From Felis catus (taxonomy: Eukaryota): 64,000 nt of DNA. The notes below the pieces were generated by a model that did no database searches, was not told where the DNA came from, and was given only the letters and a program-made list of their open reading frames with translations. How positions within the stretch are numbered: the stretch's first letter is position 1; each line of letters begins with the position of its first letter. Of this stretch, positions 24,391-36,500 are shown piece after piece. Where the stretch lies: positions 82,708,001 through 82,772,000 of the forward strand of contig NC_058385.1 in the NCBI RefSeq assembly GCF_018350175.1, in the 5' to 3' direction. Position numbers and translations under genes: made by a program.

Positions 24391-26249
24391 CGCCGGCTCC
24401 TGCCGGCCAGGCCCGCTCCGCCCCGCTCCTCGGTGCCAGGCCATTAAAGCTTCCCACGCACGCTAGCCGCTGGGCGCCGGGCCAGAACTCCTGGGGGTGC
24501 TGCCTCCGCCGGGGTGGCCCACCAGCACCTCCTCCCCCCCCGGCACCCCTTCGATCCTGCTTGCCCCGGGGCTCCAGGCCCACCCCGGGGTCCTTGGAGA
24601 GAGCCCCAAGACCAAAGCTTGGCAGCTGTCCGCTGAGGGGGGTGGTGTTCAAAGGTCCCCAGCTGCCGCCGGCTTGCGGGTGAGAGCAGCAGAGCCCCTG
24701 AGACTCGGAGGGGGAAGAGCAGGAAGCAAGGAGGAGCCGACCTGGCAGGGAAGGGCCGTGGCTGTGCCAGCAGCATCAGCGCTGTACAGAGAGCTAAAGC
24801 CTGGGTGCAGAGTGGAAGGCAGAAGACAAGGATGTGGACGTGGGAACCCTTCCCTCTGTCCTAGGCCAGGAAGAGGGCGGCGGGAGAGGGGGCAGGGAGG
24901 GCTCCTGGACCCTCACTAAGGGCAAGAGGACATTAGATGGACGGGACCCCGGAGAAAGTAGACTCACCCAAATCCTAGCGAGGGGCAGCCCGGGGAGATG
25001 TGGCCGATTCCTAAGGCTCCACAGGGTTCCGAGCCTCGGAGCTGGAGCCGGCAGAACCCACCTGCTGCAGGGGCAGGGGCACAGCGCAGGCAGAATGGGA
25101 AAGCCCAAGGGAGCAGCGGAGGGCGGGGCGTGTAAAATGGGACTCCACCAGGGGTAACCTGCAGACTAAGGGGAGCGGCCTGTGGATAGTGCAGGAAACT
25201 GAGGACTGGAGGCCAAGATGGGGGTCCTTGCCAGGGTGTGCGTGAGAGATGGGCAGTGGGGTAAAGCCCACAGAGTGGCCTCTGGCCCACGAGAGGTAAA
25301 GGAGGGGACCTGCCCGAGGAAGGGAAGGAGGCTGGAGCTGCCATAGGAGGCAAAGGGTGGGCGGAGGAGGTGGGAGTGAGGACCCCAGGCGAGGAGGCTC
25401 CTGGAACACCGGGGCTTGCCAGCCAGAGCGCTCTGAGGGAACAGAAGAGCCCCAAGGTTCAACCAGAGGCGTCATGTCAGCAACCAGCAAGGCAGGCAGG
25501 GAGGGAGAGGGTTGTGGGGTGTGCTAGGGCCTTCTGGCGCGGGAGCTCCCTGCCCTCTCCACTCCCAGGCCTGCTACTTCAGGGGATCCAGCCAGACCCC
25601 CGCGGAAAGGCAGGGAAGGACTCCACATAGAGAAGTGTGAGATGTAGAGACGGAAATCTCCTAGCTCTGTCTGCCGACAAGGCCTAGCAGCAAGACACAC
25701 CTGTCGCGGTGAACACGCCCAGCACCAGATCTTGGTTTCTAAAGAGGATCAGGGATTCCTGGAGAACTGGGGGTGGGAGTGGGGGGCAGAAGTCCCTCCT
25801 CCTCCCTGGCAGCAGTCGTGAATGGCTGCCCAGATCCAAACTCCTGGGCGATTTAAGACCCAACCAGGAGAGCGGTGGGCTGTGGTTCACGGCTCAAATG
25901 ATTCAGATGCGGGCCCAAGCAGGGCCCGGCAGCACCTGACAGCGGGGCAGCAGGGTCCTGGGAACCAAGGAAGCAGGTACAAGATGGGGAGCTGATTTCC
26001 ATGTGGCTCACGTGTCCTGAGGTTGCGGCGGCGCAAATCCGCACCATCGGCCCCTCACCTCCCGATTGGAAGCTCCTCGGGGTAGGGTCACGGAGCGGTC
26101 TGTCACCACGGGGGACAGGCCTCTTAGGGCAGCTCTGCGGAGCTCTCACTGGGTGGCAGATTAGGGCGTTCTGAGTCCGTCCCTCCTCTGGAGCTGTGTC
26201 TTTGAACTCACTTGCGGGACACCTGAACCCCGGGAGACGGGTGGGGCTG

Positions 26250-29200
26250 GGGTAGACCCCGAAGTCAGGGCCGCTGGAGGGCGCCGGCAATTCCGCGCGG
26301 ACTTGCGGGCCGGCGGAGGGAGCTGGACGCAGCACGCACCGCACTGCCTCCACCGGCGCTGCGCCCGCCTGCACTAAAGAGGGTCGCTCTCCATTTGCTG
26401 TAGGCTGCACCCCAATCCCCGCTCGCGTCGGGCAGGTCTGGGGGCTCTCCCGGTGGCGTACAGGGGAGGGCGGGGCAGAGTGGGGCGAGGAGGATCTGGG
26501 GGCGGGGCTGCGAAACCAGGGTCTCTTTCGCTTTCCCTTTTGTTCCCTCCAACGGCCGCCCAGACTCCGCGCGGGAGAGGAGAGCGCGGCTTCCCGGCGC
26601 GCCGGTTGCCGCCTGCGCCCGCGCCCCAGCGATCCCGGGGCACAGCACCTCCGCCGTTCCGCGCACAGGTGGCGCCACGTAACCTTGACCCCCGTGACAC
26701 CCCCGCAGCTCCCGCGGACGCACGCTGGCAGCGACTGGGTCGCAGGGGCGCCGCGAGGCGGAGGAGCCCCGCACATCATGCAGACCCTTCCGGACTGGCC
26801 CCCAGCGTCCGGGGCCCCACGGCCCTCTCCCTTCCCGCACCCGGGACTGCACGCCCTCCACCGCCTGGCTCGAGCCCTGCTCTTCCCGGCTTACTGGGCC
26901 CTGGACCGGCTGCTGGGCTGCTGCGCGCCGACCGCGCGCCCGAGCGGCCTGCGGCGGCTGCAAGCCGCTGCCGGCGCTGGGGCCGCGCTGCTGCTGCTGC
27001 TGCTGGTCGGCCTGCCCCTGGCCCTGCTCGGGCTGCCGCTCTGGCTGCTCCTGCAGACCTGGCGCCGCCCCTTCTGCTACCAGCCCCCGCCGCAGTGCTG
27101 GGAGCCCCCAGCGCCCTGGCGCCCCCCGGCCGAGCCCGCGCGCTGCTTCAGCTTCCTCAGCGCCAACCTGTGCCTGCTCCCCGACGGGCTGGCGCGCTTC
27201 AGCAACTTGAAGCACAGCCAGCGGCGGGCCGAGGCTGTGGGCGCCGCGCTGCTCGCCGGCCTGCGGCCCTCGCGCTATGGGGCCACTGGCAGCAGCCCGC
27301 CGGGGCCGGGGGCGCCCTGCGGAGTGCTGACAGCCGAGGTGCCGGCAGGTCTGGAATTCGTGTGCCTGCAGGAGGTGTTCGACCTGCGCTCGGCGCATCG
27401 CCTCGTGAGCCGCCTAGCGCCCAGTCTGGGTCCGGTGCTGCACGACGTGGGCTCGTGTGGCCTGCAGCCCGGGCCGCACCTCAAGCTGCTCGGCAGCGGG
27501 CTGCTGCTGGCCTCGCGCTACCCGCTGCTGCGCGCCGCCTTCCGGTCCTTTCCCCACGCACGTCGCGAGGACGCGCTGGCCTCCAAGGGACTGCTTTCCG
27601 CACAGGTATCTGCCCAACCGCCGCGGCGCCTCCTGGCGGGGAGAGGGCTGGCGTGGGCTCGAACTGGCGACGGTTGCTGGGGCCCTCCGTGGTGTTGCAG
27701 GCGCAGGTGGGCATCCTGGACGGGCGCCGCGTCGTGGGCTTCCTGCACTGCACGCACTTGCATGCGCCGAGTGGTGAGCCCGAGGACGGGATCGTCGGCG
27801 CGTGGGCAGGCCGTCTGGCCTCTCCGCGCCCCCGACCGTTGGTTCACTGCCCGCGGCACCGCGAGCCCCGGGGAGGGTGGGGGGGGGCGGGGAGCGCGGC
27901 CCCGCTGAGCCTTCCGTTCCCGCCCTCGCAGAGGACGGGCCCTTGCGCTGTAAACAGCTGACGCTCCTACTGGACTGGATCGAGCAGTTTGAAGCCGAGA
28001 GCCGCGAGAGTGGCGAGGCCGTGGCCTTCAGCGTGCTCCTGGGCGACCTAAACTTCGACAACTGCTCCTCAGGTGAGGGCAGGCTGCGGCGGGGCCGGGG
28101 GCGGGGCGGCCTGGCCCCGCCCACACGCGCTGGCCTCGCCCCGCCCACCACGCGCTGATCTCGCCCCGCAGACCACGCGCAGGAGCAGGAGCACCAGCTC
28201 TTCAGCCACTTCCGGGACCCCTGCCGGCTGGGCACGCGCCGGGATCAGCCCTGGGCTCTGGGTACGGGGGCAACCGGGTGGGGAGCCCACCTGGGTGCGG
28301 TTCGAGGGCCGCGGCTGCCGCTGACACCGCCCTCCGCCCGCCCTCCCCCAGGCACAATACTGAGCACCTCCACCCTCCGCCACTCGGTGGCCTGCTCCCC
28401 AGAGATGTTAAGGAGGTGAGTGGCGACCTGGGGGTCAGACGCCGCCCGGAACGCCGGGGAGTCCTGGCCTTGGTGACACCACCCCTCCTCAGGGCCCTGG
28501 AGCAGGAGGAAGGGCGCCGCCGCTACCTGGCGGGCCCTCTGGGCGGAGACCGCCGGGCTGAGCCCTGGCGGGGCCGGCGCCTGGACTACATCATGTACCG
28601 GGGAGCGGTCGGAGGCCCGCTGAGCCCAGTAAGTGCCAGAATTCAGGGCGCTGGGCCGGCTGCAGCTAGGGCGACTCCTCAGTCTGACTCCCGCCCCCAG
28701 GAGGTGGAACAGGTGACATTCAGCACCGCCCTGGCGGGGCTCACAGACCACCTGGCCGTGGGACTTCGCCTCCGAGTTTCCGTGCCCTCCTGACGCAGGC
28801 TCGCAGGCGACAGTTGGAAAGACGGACGCGGACGCAGAGCGTGAGCCTGGCCGGCTGCCGCGGGAACGCGGTGACTTCGCTGTTTATTGTGGGGGCCCTC
28901 CCCCTCACACCGCCTCCTGGGCTCTGCGGTACTCGTAGACGCTGCCCCGCTCAGAGAAGGCTGGGGGCTGCGGGGGCGACCCCGGCGGTGGGGCGGGGTC
29001 CTCCGGGTCCCCGTAGCCGCCCCCGCCTGGTGTGTGGAGGCAGAACACGTCCTGTGGAGCAGAGGGACAGGCTCACTGCGGGCGTGGACGCCCCCAACCC
29101 TGCCTCTCGCTGCAGTCCCATCCCCACCGGGGCAGCGCGTTCATGGCGGCCGGCCTGGCCCACGGAGGCCCACTGCGCGCCCTCTCCTTCGGAAGCCAAA

Positions 29201-30550
29201 TTAAATTCAGACGCTGGTTATTTTTGCAACTCTGCTCACCCTCTGCGGAAAGGGGGCCGCTGGAGGGCGGACGGGAATGAGGAAGGACAGATGTCAATCC
29301 TTACCCCGGGGAACACGGGCACCGACGTCTTTCCGCCCAGATTCACCGTCCGGCCGTCCTTGCGAATCAGCAGGTTTAGGCCCCGGGCTCCGGGCTCGCC
29401 CCCTGCGGGAAGAGGCAAAGTGAGGCTGGCCCGGAAGGCAAGGAAGGGAGGGGCAGAGGCGGCGGGCGGGCAGAGGGAACGACTCCGTGCAAGAGGCAAG
29501 GAAGGGAGAGAGGAGGGGGGGGCAGAGGGGAGGACACCGTGCAGGAGTGGGTGGGTGGGGCGGGAGTCGGGGATCCAGGGACGCTGCCGCTCACCGTGGA
29601 GGCCGTATGGCCGGAAGGCGCGACGCTCGGTCAGCACGGACAGCAGCGCCTCCTCGCGGAAGAGCAGCTCGCGGACGACGCCGTCGCCGCCTCGGAAGCG
29701 CCCGCGGCCCCCGGACCCCTGCCTCAGCTCGAAGCGGCGCAGGATGACTGGGTACCTGCGCGGGCCAGGGGGTTCAGAACGGTCCACCCGGGCTCGGGCT
29801 CCTGCTCCCCGCCCCGGCCGCGCCCGCACCACTCACCTGCTCTCCAGGATCTCGGGGTCGGTGATGCGCGTGTTGGTCATGTGGCTGTGCACGCCGCTGC
29901 GCCCGTGCCAGCCGGGGCCCGCGCCCGCGCCGCCCGCCACCGTCTCGTAGTAGCCCATGTGGGCGTTGCCCAGGGTCACGTTGTTCATGCAGCCCTGGCA
30001 GGGGCGAACGGCATTTGCGCTAGGCTGGAGGCATCCGAGACCCTCCCCGCCCGCGGCCCCAAGCGTGCCCACCCACCCGCCACACCTGGGAGGCGGCGCA
30101 GGCCCCAAAGGCCCCCAGGATGACGTCCACCACGCGCTGCGACGTGAGCACGTTGCCACCCACCACGGCCGCTTCGGGGGACGGATCCAGAATGCAGCCT
30201 CTGGGAATCACGACGCGCACTGGCGCCAGGCAGCCCTGAGGTGGAGGGCGGGGGAGGGCGGCTCTCAGGGCGATTGGGAAATAAACGTCGCCCTACCCCC
30301 GCACTCCTAGACCAGTCCGGTGTTGGGCCGACCCCGCCCCCAGGCTCGCTCAGGGACACAGCACGCGCCGCACACCTGGTTGAGCGGGATGTCGCGGCCC
30401 ACCAGGCACCGCAGGCAGTAGATGAGGGCGGACAGCGTGATGGCCCGCGGAGCGTTGAGGTTGCCGAACACCTCAGGCCCCGTGCCGCTGAAGTCAAACA
30501 CTGCGCTGCCCTGCCCACGGGGTAGGGGTGGGGGAGAGAGGTGGGTCAGC
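26250..30550. other. Large CpG island covering SMPD5 and the 3' exons of OPLAH
   Basis: Very high CpG and GC density by inspection. Confidence 0.75.
26778..28793 (+). CDS. SMPD5: Sphingomyelin phosphodiesterase 5 (mitochondria-associated neutral sphingomyelinase), 7 exons, 474 aa
   Basis: Exons 26778-27605, 27701-27773, 27932-28072, 28172-28261, 28352-28415, 28493-28628, 28701-28793; GT-AG, in frame, 1425 nt. nSMase motifs SANLCLL, CLQEVFD, HCTHLHA, GDLNFDNCS, RRLDY, LTDH, plus an N-terminal hydrophobic segment. Start codon is less certain than the rest. Confidence 0.9.
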
Positions 30551-33500
30551 AGCAGCCCCGCGGCCACGCGTCGGGTGCCCATGGCCCCGTTGCTGCGGCC
30601 TGACCTGACTCAGGTTGATCTGCACGCGGAGCCGGATGGGGGAACCATCATCCATGTGGTCCTCTGCTGACACCTCCAGGGGCAGGCCTCGGGCCTGCCG
30701 GGAGGTTCCGAAGGCCCGCAGCATATCTCGCACAGCCAGCTCCGCGTTCGCCTGGCAGACAGGACGTTCAGCGGCGGCCACGCTGCCTTCCAGGTGGGCG
30801 GGGGCTGCCCACCTCCCCGCCTGGCCGCCAGGGGGCAGGTACAGAGCTGCCCCCTGCTCCCGCGCCCTAGGCCCACCTGGATGTGGCCCATGTAGGCCTG
30901 CACCACATCCAGGCCGTACTGCCCGATGAGCTCTCCCACCAGCTGGATGCCCTTCTGGTTGGCGGCCACCTGGGCGCGGAGGTCCGACAGGTTGTCGTGC
31001 AAGTTCCTCGTGCCGCTGCAGCCGGGAATCTTGCCTGGGGCCTGCAGGGCCTCAGTTACCGCTGCACGGATGGGGTCACCGCTGAGCCACCCTCCACCTG
31101 GTTGGATGGGGGGCTGCGCTGCCCAGTGCCCTGATCCATACCTCCTGCTCCTCTGCTGGGCACTATGGGGAGTTCCCCACGTCGGCCCTTCCCTGGCCCC
31201 CCACAACCCTGCTGACACCCACCCCCGGCACCCCCAAACCCACAGCCTCCTGCCATCTGCTCAACCTTCTTCCCAAAGCCCAGCACCCCAGGGCACCCTA
31301 GGCTTTTCCTGTGACCTCACAGGAACTGGAGGTGCCTGAGGAGGAGCAGGGGGGTCCTCTTACCTTTAACTCCTTCTGCCCCACTCCCTCCTGCCTTTTC
31401 TGGGCTTCCCTCCCCACTCCCAGGAGAAGAAACACTTCCCCTGACCCGCCCCAACTCATACTGCCCTCAGTCCGATGGCCCTCACTGGCCCCCTCTCAAC
31501 CACTTTGCAAGAGCATCAGCTAGCTCTCTGGGCCTCCTGCCCCACCTCCAAACAAATTTGAACCAGGCCTCCACCCCCTGGCGAGCCCCAGAGACCCAGG
31601 CAAGGACTCTCTCCCTAACCTAGGTTACAGTATTCTCTGAGGCTCCCTGGCCACTGCGTCTTCTGTCACGTGCCTGCACATATCCCTCCCATGATCCCTG
31701 CCCCCTGCCCTCTGCCCCCACCACACACACTGACCAAGGGAATGACCAGGCCTGGGTCACTCTCTTTGTGTCCTCCACCCACGGCAGCCTGTGGCTCTGT
31801 CACCTCCCCCCCTCCCATGCTGCCTCCTCTCACTCCCAGATGCCTGCCTGGGCTCCTAGACACCTGCAGCCTCAGACCAGCTCTGTTTTCACTGCCCCTG
31901 TCCCTGGGCTTCTGTCCCAACTTCACTGCTCTGTGCCGACTCAGTGACACAGCCTCCCTCCACCTTCTGGCTGTCTGAACTTGACTTCTCATCTTCATCC
32001 CTAGATCCCATCAAATACCAACAATGATCTCCAAAACAGTTGTCCCTACCTACCCCCACTTCTGCCCTGCTTGAGGGTCAGTATCATTCAGCACAGCTGC
32101 AGCCGCCCCCTACCCCACTCCCCACTCCAAGCCTTCAACCCCCCATCTACTCTGCACATGCGCTGGGGGCTTTCATGGTGTAGGGCAGACCAGTGCAGGC
32201 CCAGGAAAGTTCTCCGCGAGTCTGCAGGCCCTGGCCCCCGTCCTCACTGCTCTGTAGCCCACAGACCCAGTGCAAACACAAGGCAGACACCACCGTGAAC
32301 AGCTGCTGACCTTGAAACAGCCCCTCTCCCTCCTGTGCCCAGTCCTGTGACTGTCCTGGCCAGCTCCCCACCCCCAAAACCATTGAGCCTTCCTGGGCCC
32401 AGAAGGAGCCTACCTCAGTGCCCCCGGTCATCTCTGAAAGATGATCTGCTACCACTCTGGGGTCGCCACCCGGCTCCGCCAGCCTCAAGGCAGGCCTCCG
32501 CCACTCACTCGCTGCCACAGCGCCCCAATCGGCCTGGTCCACTGAACCCCCTCCCCCGACCTCGAGGTCACTGCAAGCCCACTCCCACTCACCCTCCTCT
32601 TGGAAGACTCCTCCCTGGACGAGTTTGAAAGACAGAAAGACGGCGCCCTCCTGCTGCAGTGTGGTGGAGTGGGGAGGCATGGAGCCCGGCGTGATGCCCC
32701 CAATGTCCGCGTGGTGCCCACGGCTTGCCACGTAGAACACAGGCCGAGTCTGACCCGGCCAAAACACCTGGGGGTGGAGAGCGACCATGAGCTGTGCTAG
32801 CAGCCCTCGCCACCCCCACCCCCGGAGACACCCAGGCAGCGGCCTTCACCGGGGTGATGACGGTCAGGTCTGGCAGGTGGCTGCCCCCAGCGCTCGGGTG
32901 GTTGCTCAGCAGCACGTCACCAGGGTGGAGGTCGGCCCCCAGGTGCTGGATCTGAGACCAGAAGACACTTGTGGAGGCGGCAGGGGCGGAGGCGAGGGGT
33001 GGGGTCAGGGAGGCCGAGAGGTGGGCCGCCGAACCTGGAACTGTACGGTCTCCTGCATGGCGCCCAGGTGCACGGGGATGTGGGGGGCGTTGGACACCAG
33101 CCCCCCATCGGGCCCGAAGAGGGCACAGGAGAAGTCCAGACGCTCCTTGATGTTGGTGGAGATGGCTGTGCGCTGCAGGATGCGGCCCATCTGCTCTGGG
33201 GGCACAGAATGAGCGGGCACCCGCTGGCCCCGCCTCGCCCGCGGCACGGCCCCGCCCCGCCCCGCCCGCGGCACAGCCCCGCCCCGCCCGCCCACCCACC
33301 GGCGCGGCACACCCCTAGAGGACGAAGAGGCAGGACTGCTGCCTTCAAGGCCTCTGACACCCAGACCCAGGACCCGAAGGCGGTGGTGGCCCGGCAGACA
33401 CAGCGAGACTGCAGGCGGGCCCCGTGTCTTGCCTGTGTGAGAGGTGCCCCCACTTCCTCTCCATCCCTGCTCAGGGCCTCACCAAGAACCCGGTACCCCA

Positions 33501-36500
33501 CGTCAACTCTCCACCTTGCCTAGCACAGCAAGAAATCGGTGCTGAGGCACAGGACTCGGGGCGAGCAAGCCCCAGCCGACCCCGCGTAGAAGAGCTCACA
33601 GGGCCGAGCCTCTTTCCCTCCACAGACAGGATGGCGATCTCAGGCCCCATGACTGCTGGCGGGAGTTAGGTGCTCCCACTGCCCAAGGCCGCTGGTGCGG
33701 TGGGGCTGGCCGTCCCAGGGCGGCCCTGTCGCCAGCGGGGACTCCACTTCTGCCCCTTCCCTGGGTCACACTTTGTCTCTCTCTGCACGGCCTGCCAGCC
33801 ACGTGCCTGCACTAGCTCTGCCCAGGGAGCAGGGCCGTGGGGACCGGGCAGCCACTCACCAGCAATGCTCATGAAGCGGTGAGAGAAGATGGACAGGTGG
33901 ATGGGGTCAAGCTGGGCGCCCACCAGGCTCGGGACTTCAGCCCCCACAGAGATGCGGATGTCCCCGGTATCAGTCACCTCTGCCTGGCAGCCTGGCTCCA
34001 CCAGAATGGTGCTGAAGGCAGGGGCGCAAGAGGCTGGGGGCGCCGAGCCAGACCCCCCTCCCGTCCCAAATAGGGACCCTACATCCCCAGGCTGGGGGAC
34101 ACCCAACCATAATGGGACGCCAGAGTCCTTTCTGTTCCTGTAGCCTCGGGCCAGAGAGCCCCTGACAGAGCCCCTGAGCTCACCCAGGCCCCGGCAACTG
34201 TACCCACCATGGCCCCACCCTGGCCAGGCTTCAGCCCACCTGTTGCTGTCGATGATGAGGCAGGGCCCCTGAAGCTTGTGCCCATAGGCCAGCTCTCCTA
34301 GCAGGTACACAGGGGTCTCCTGGTAGCCCCCCTCAAAGTAGCACTGGGTCATCTGAGGAGGGCGTGGGATGAGTGAGGTTCCTAGGTGCAGCCCCTCCCT
34401 GCCTCTCCCCCTCCACACCCGTCCCCTTGTCCCTGCGGGTGCGGGTGGGCAGGCCGAGGCAGAGCCACCCACCTTGTCTATGCGGGGAGGCCCGGTCTGA
34501 GCTCTGGGAACATCCTCGAGGCGAAGGCCGCTGCGGCCAGTGCCCCTCACACGCACGTCGTCCACCACCACCGGCCGCTCGGGGATGACGAAGCCAAACT
34601 CTCTCATGTACCTGCACGTCCGCCGGCCCCGAGAAAACGATCAGGGCCGGGCCGGTAGGCCACCCGCCAGGGCTCCCGGGACGCAGAGCTCGCATACCTC
34701 TCCACGAAGGCGGCCCCAAAGTCGCCAGCACGGGGCGAGCGGGCAGCGGCCGGGTGCCGGTGGGCAGACACCATGAGGGCACAGTCTGTGCCCTGATAGC
34801 GGAGATGCAGGAAGCTCTCGGTGCTGATCTGGGACCTGCAGCAGCGGGGCGGGCGGGCCACTCACACACGGTGCCCCGGGGACTCCCGTCCCGCGTCCGC
34901 CAGCCCTCCCGGACCGCGCCACCCGGCACGTCGGGCGGGAAGGCCAACTAGGGGGTGGCTGGGATGCTGCCAGCCCCCTGCCTGGGCCAGCTCCCCCCTC
35001 CACTTCCCCCTGTGAGCCCCACCTGGGAAAGCCCTGGGCCCGCAGGGCATCCACACACTGCTCCTCCAGGCGGCTCAGCCTCTGGTCCAGCTGCACAAAG
35101 GTCTCAGGTGCGTAGGGCAAGGAACACGGCTCCTGCGCCTCGTGCACCACGTCCGCCAGGGCCAGCCCCAGCGCTGACAGCAGCCCGCTGTGCCTACGTA
35201 GACGGGGGGCCTCGGCTACGTGGGGGTGCCTCCCAAAGCCAGCCCCCCACCCCCGGCAGGCGCACCACTCCCAGACGTACCTGTGAACGTGCACAGTGTC
35301 CATGCCCAGGGCTCGGGCAATGGCGCACGCGTGCTGCCCGCCAGCTCCCCCAAAGCAAGCCAGCACGTGGGCCGAGGGGTCGTGGCCTCTTGCCTGGGAA
35401 GCCAGAGGGGGTCGGTGGCGCGCCCTGCCCCTGTCTGGCCCCCCACCCCTCACCCTGATGGGGTTGCCTGAGTGGGAGGTGAGGGGGTGGGGGACAGGGC
35501 AGGAGAAGGCGAGGGCAAAGGCGGGCATACCTGCGTGAGTGCGCGGATGGGCCGGCACATGGCCTCGTTGGCCACACGCACGAACCCCATGGCTACCTCC
35601 TCCAGGCTCAGCGGGGAGGCCGGGCAAGGCCCATTGGTCAGGAAGCTGTTGACCTCAGCGGCCACAGTCTCCAGGGCCTTTCGGGAGGCCTCAGAGGACA
35701 GTGGCTGGTCCTCTCCCGGCCCAAAAATGCAGGGGAAGGAGGCAGGCAGTAGGCGACCCAGAACCAGATTGGCATCCGTCACCGTCACGGGGCCCCCTGG
35801 GAGGTGTGCAGGGTGTGGGGGTTGGGGGCTGGGCAGCAGGGTCAGGGCTGAAGGGCGGCGGGGTGGGGGTGGGGGGGCGGAGGTAGGCCTGGGCAGCGTG
35901 GGAAGGGGCCTGGCGGGGCAGGTACCAGCTCTTACCCTTGCGGTAGCAGGCGGGGCCAGGATGGGCTCCTGCAGACTCAGGCCCCACCACAAAGAGGCCG
36001 GACCTTTGGGGCAGGGAGGACGGGACTTAGAGGTGGGTTGGGAGGCAGGGCTGGGGGCGGGGGGCAGGGGAGTGCCCAACCCAGGTGCAGGGACTGACCT
36101 GAAGAAGAGGCGGGAGCCCCCACCAGCTGCCACTGTGTTGATGTCCAGCTGAGGGGCCTGGAGGGTGACACCGGCCGTGCTGGCCTCAAAGACATGCTCA
36201 AACTCCCCAGCGTAGCGGCTCACGTCGGTGGATGTGCCTGGAGGAGAGAGAGGTGGGAGGAGTCACCGCACAGACCTGGACGCCCAGCGTTGCTCAGCCC
36301 CGGGCCCGCGGTGGAGACTCCTCCTGACCCCACCCGTCCGGCCTCCGTACCTCCCATGTCAAAGCCGATGACAGGCTGGCCGCCTTCCACCCGGTAGGTG
36401 GTGGCCGAGTAGCCAACCACACCACCAGCAGGGCCAGAGAGCACAGCCCGGGAGCCGCTGAAGGACTCCATGGGCGCCAGGCCACCATCGGAGCGCATGA

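Noticed and set aside
26265-27961. Long ORFs of 377 aa (-) and 502 aa (+) overlapping SMPD5
   Set aside because: Low-complexity R/P/G/A shadow frames expected in a CpG island over real coding sequence.
28814-29950. 378-aa plus-strand ORF antisense to the OPLAH 3' end
   Set aside because: Non-ATG start, no recognisable domain, GC-rich shadow of OPLAH exons.
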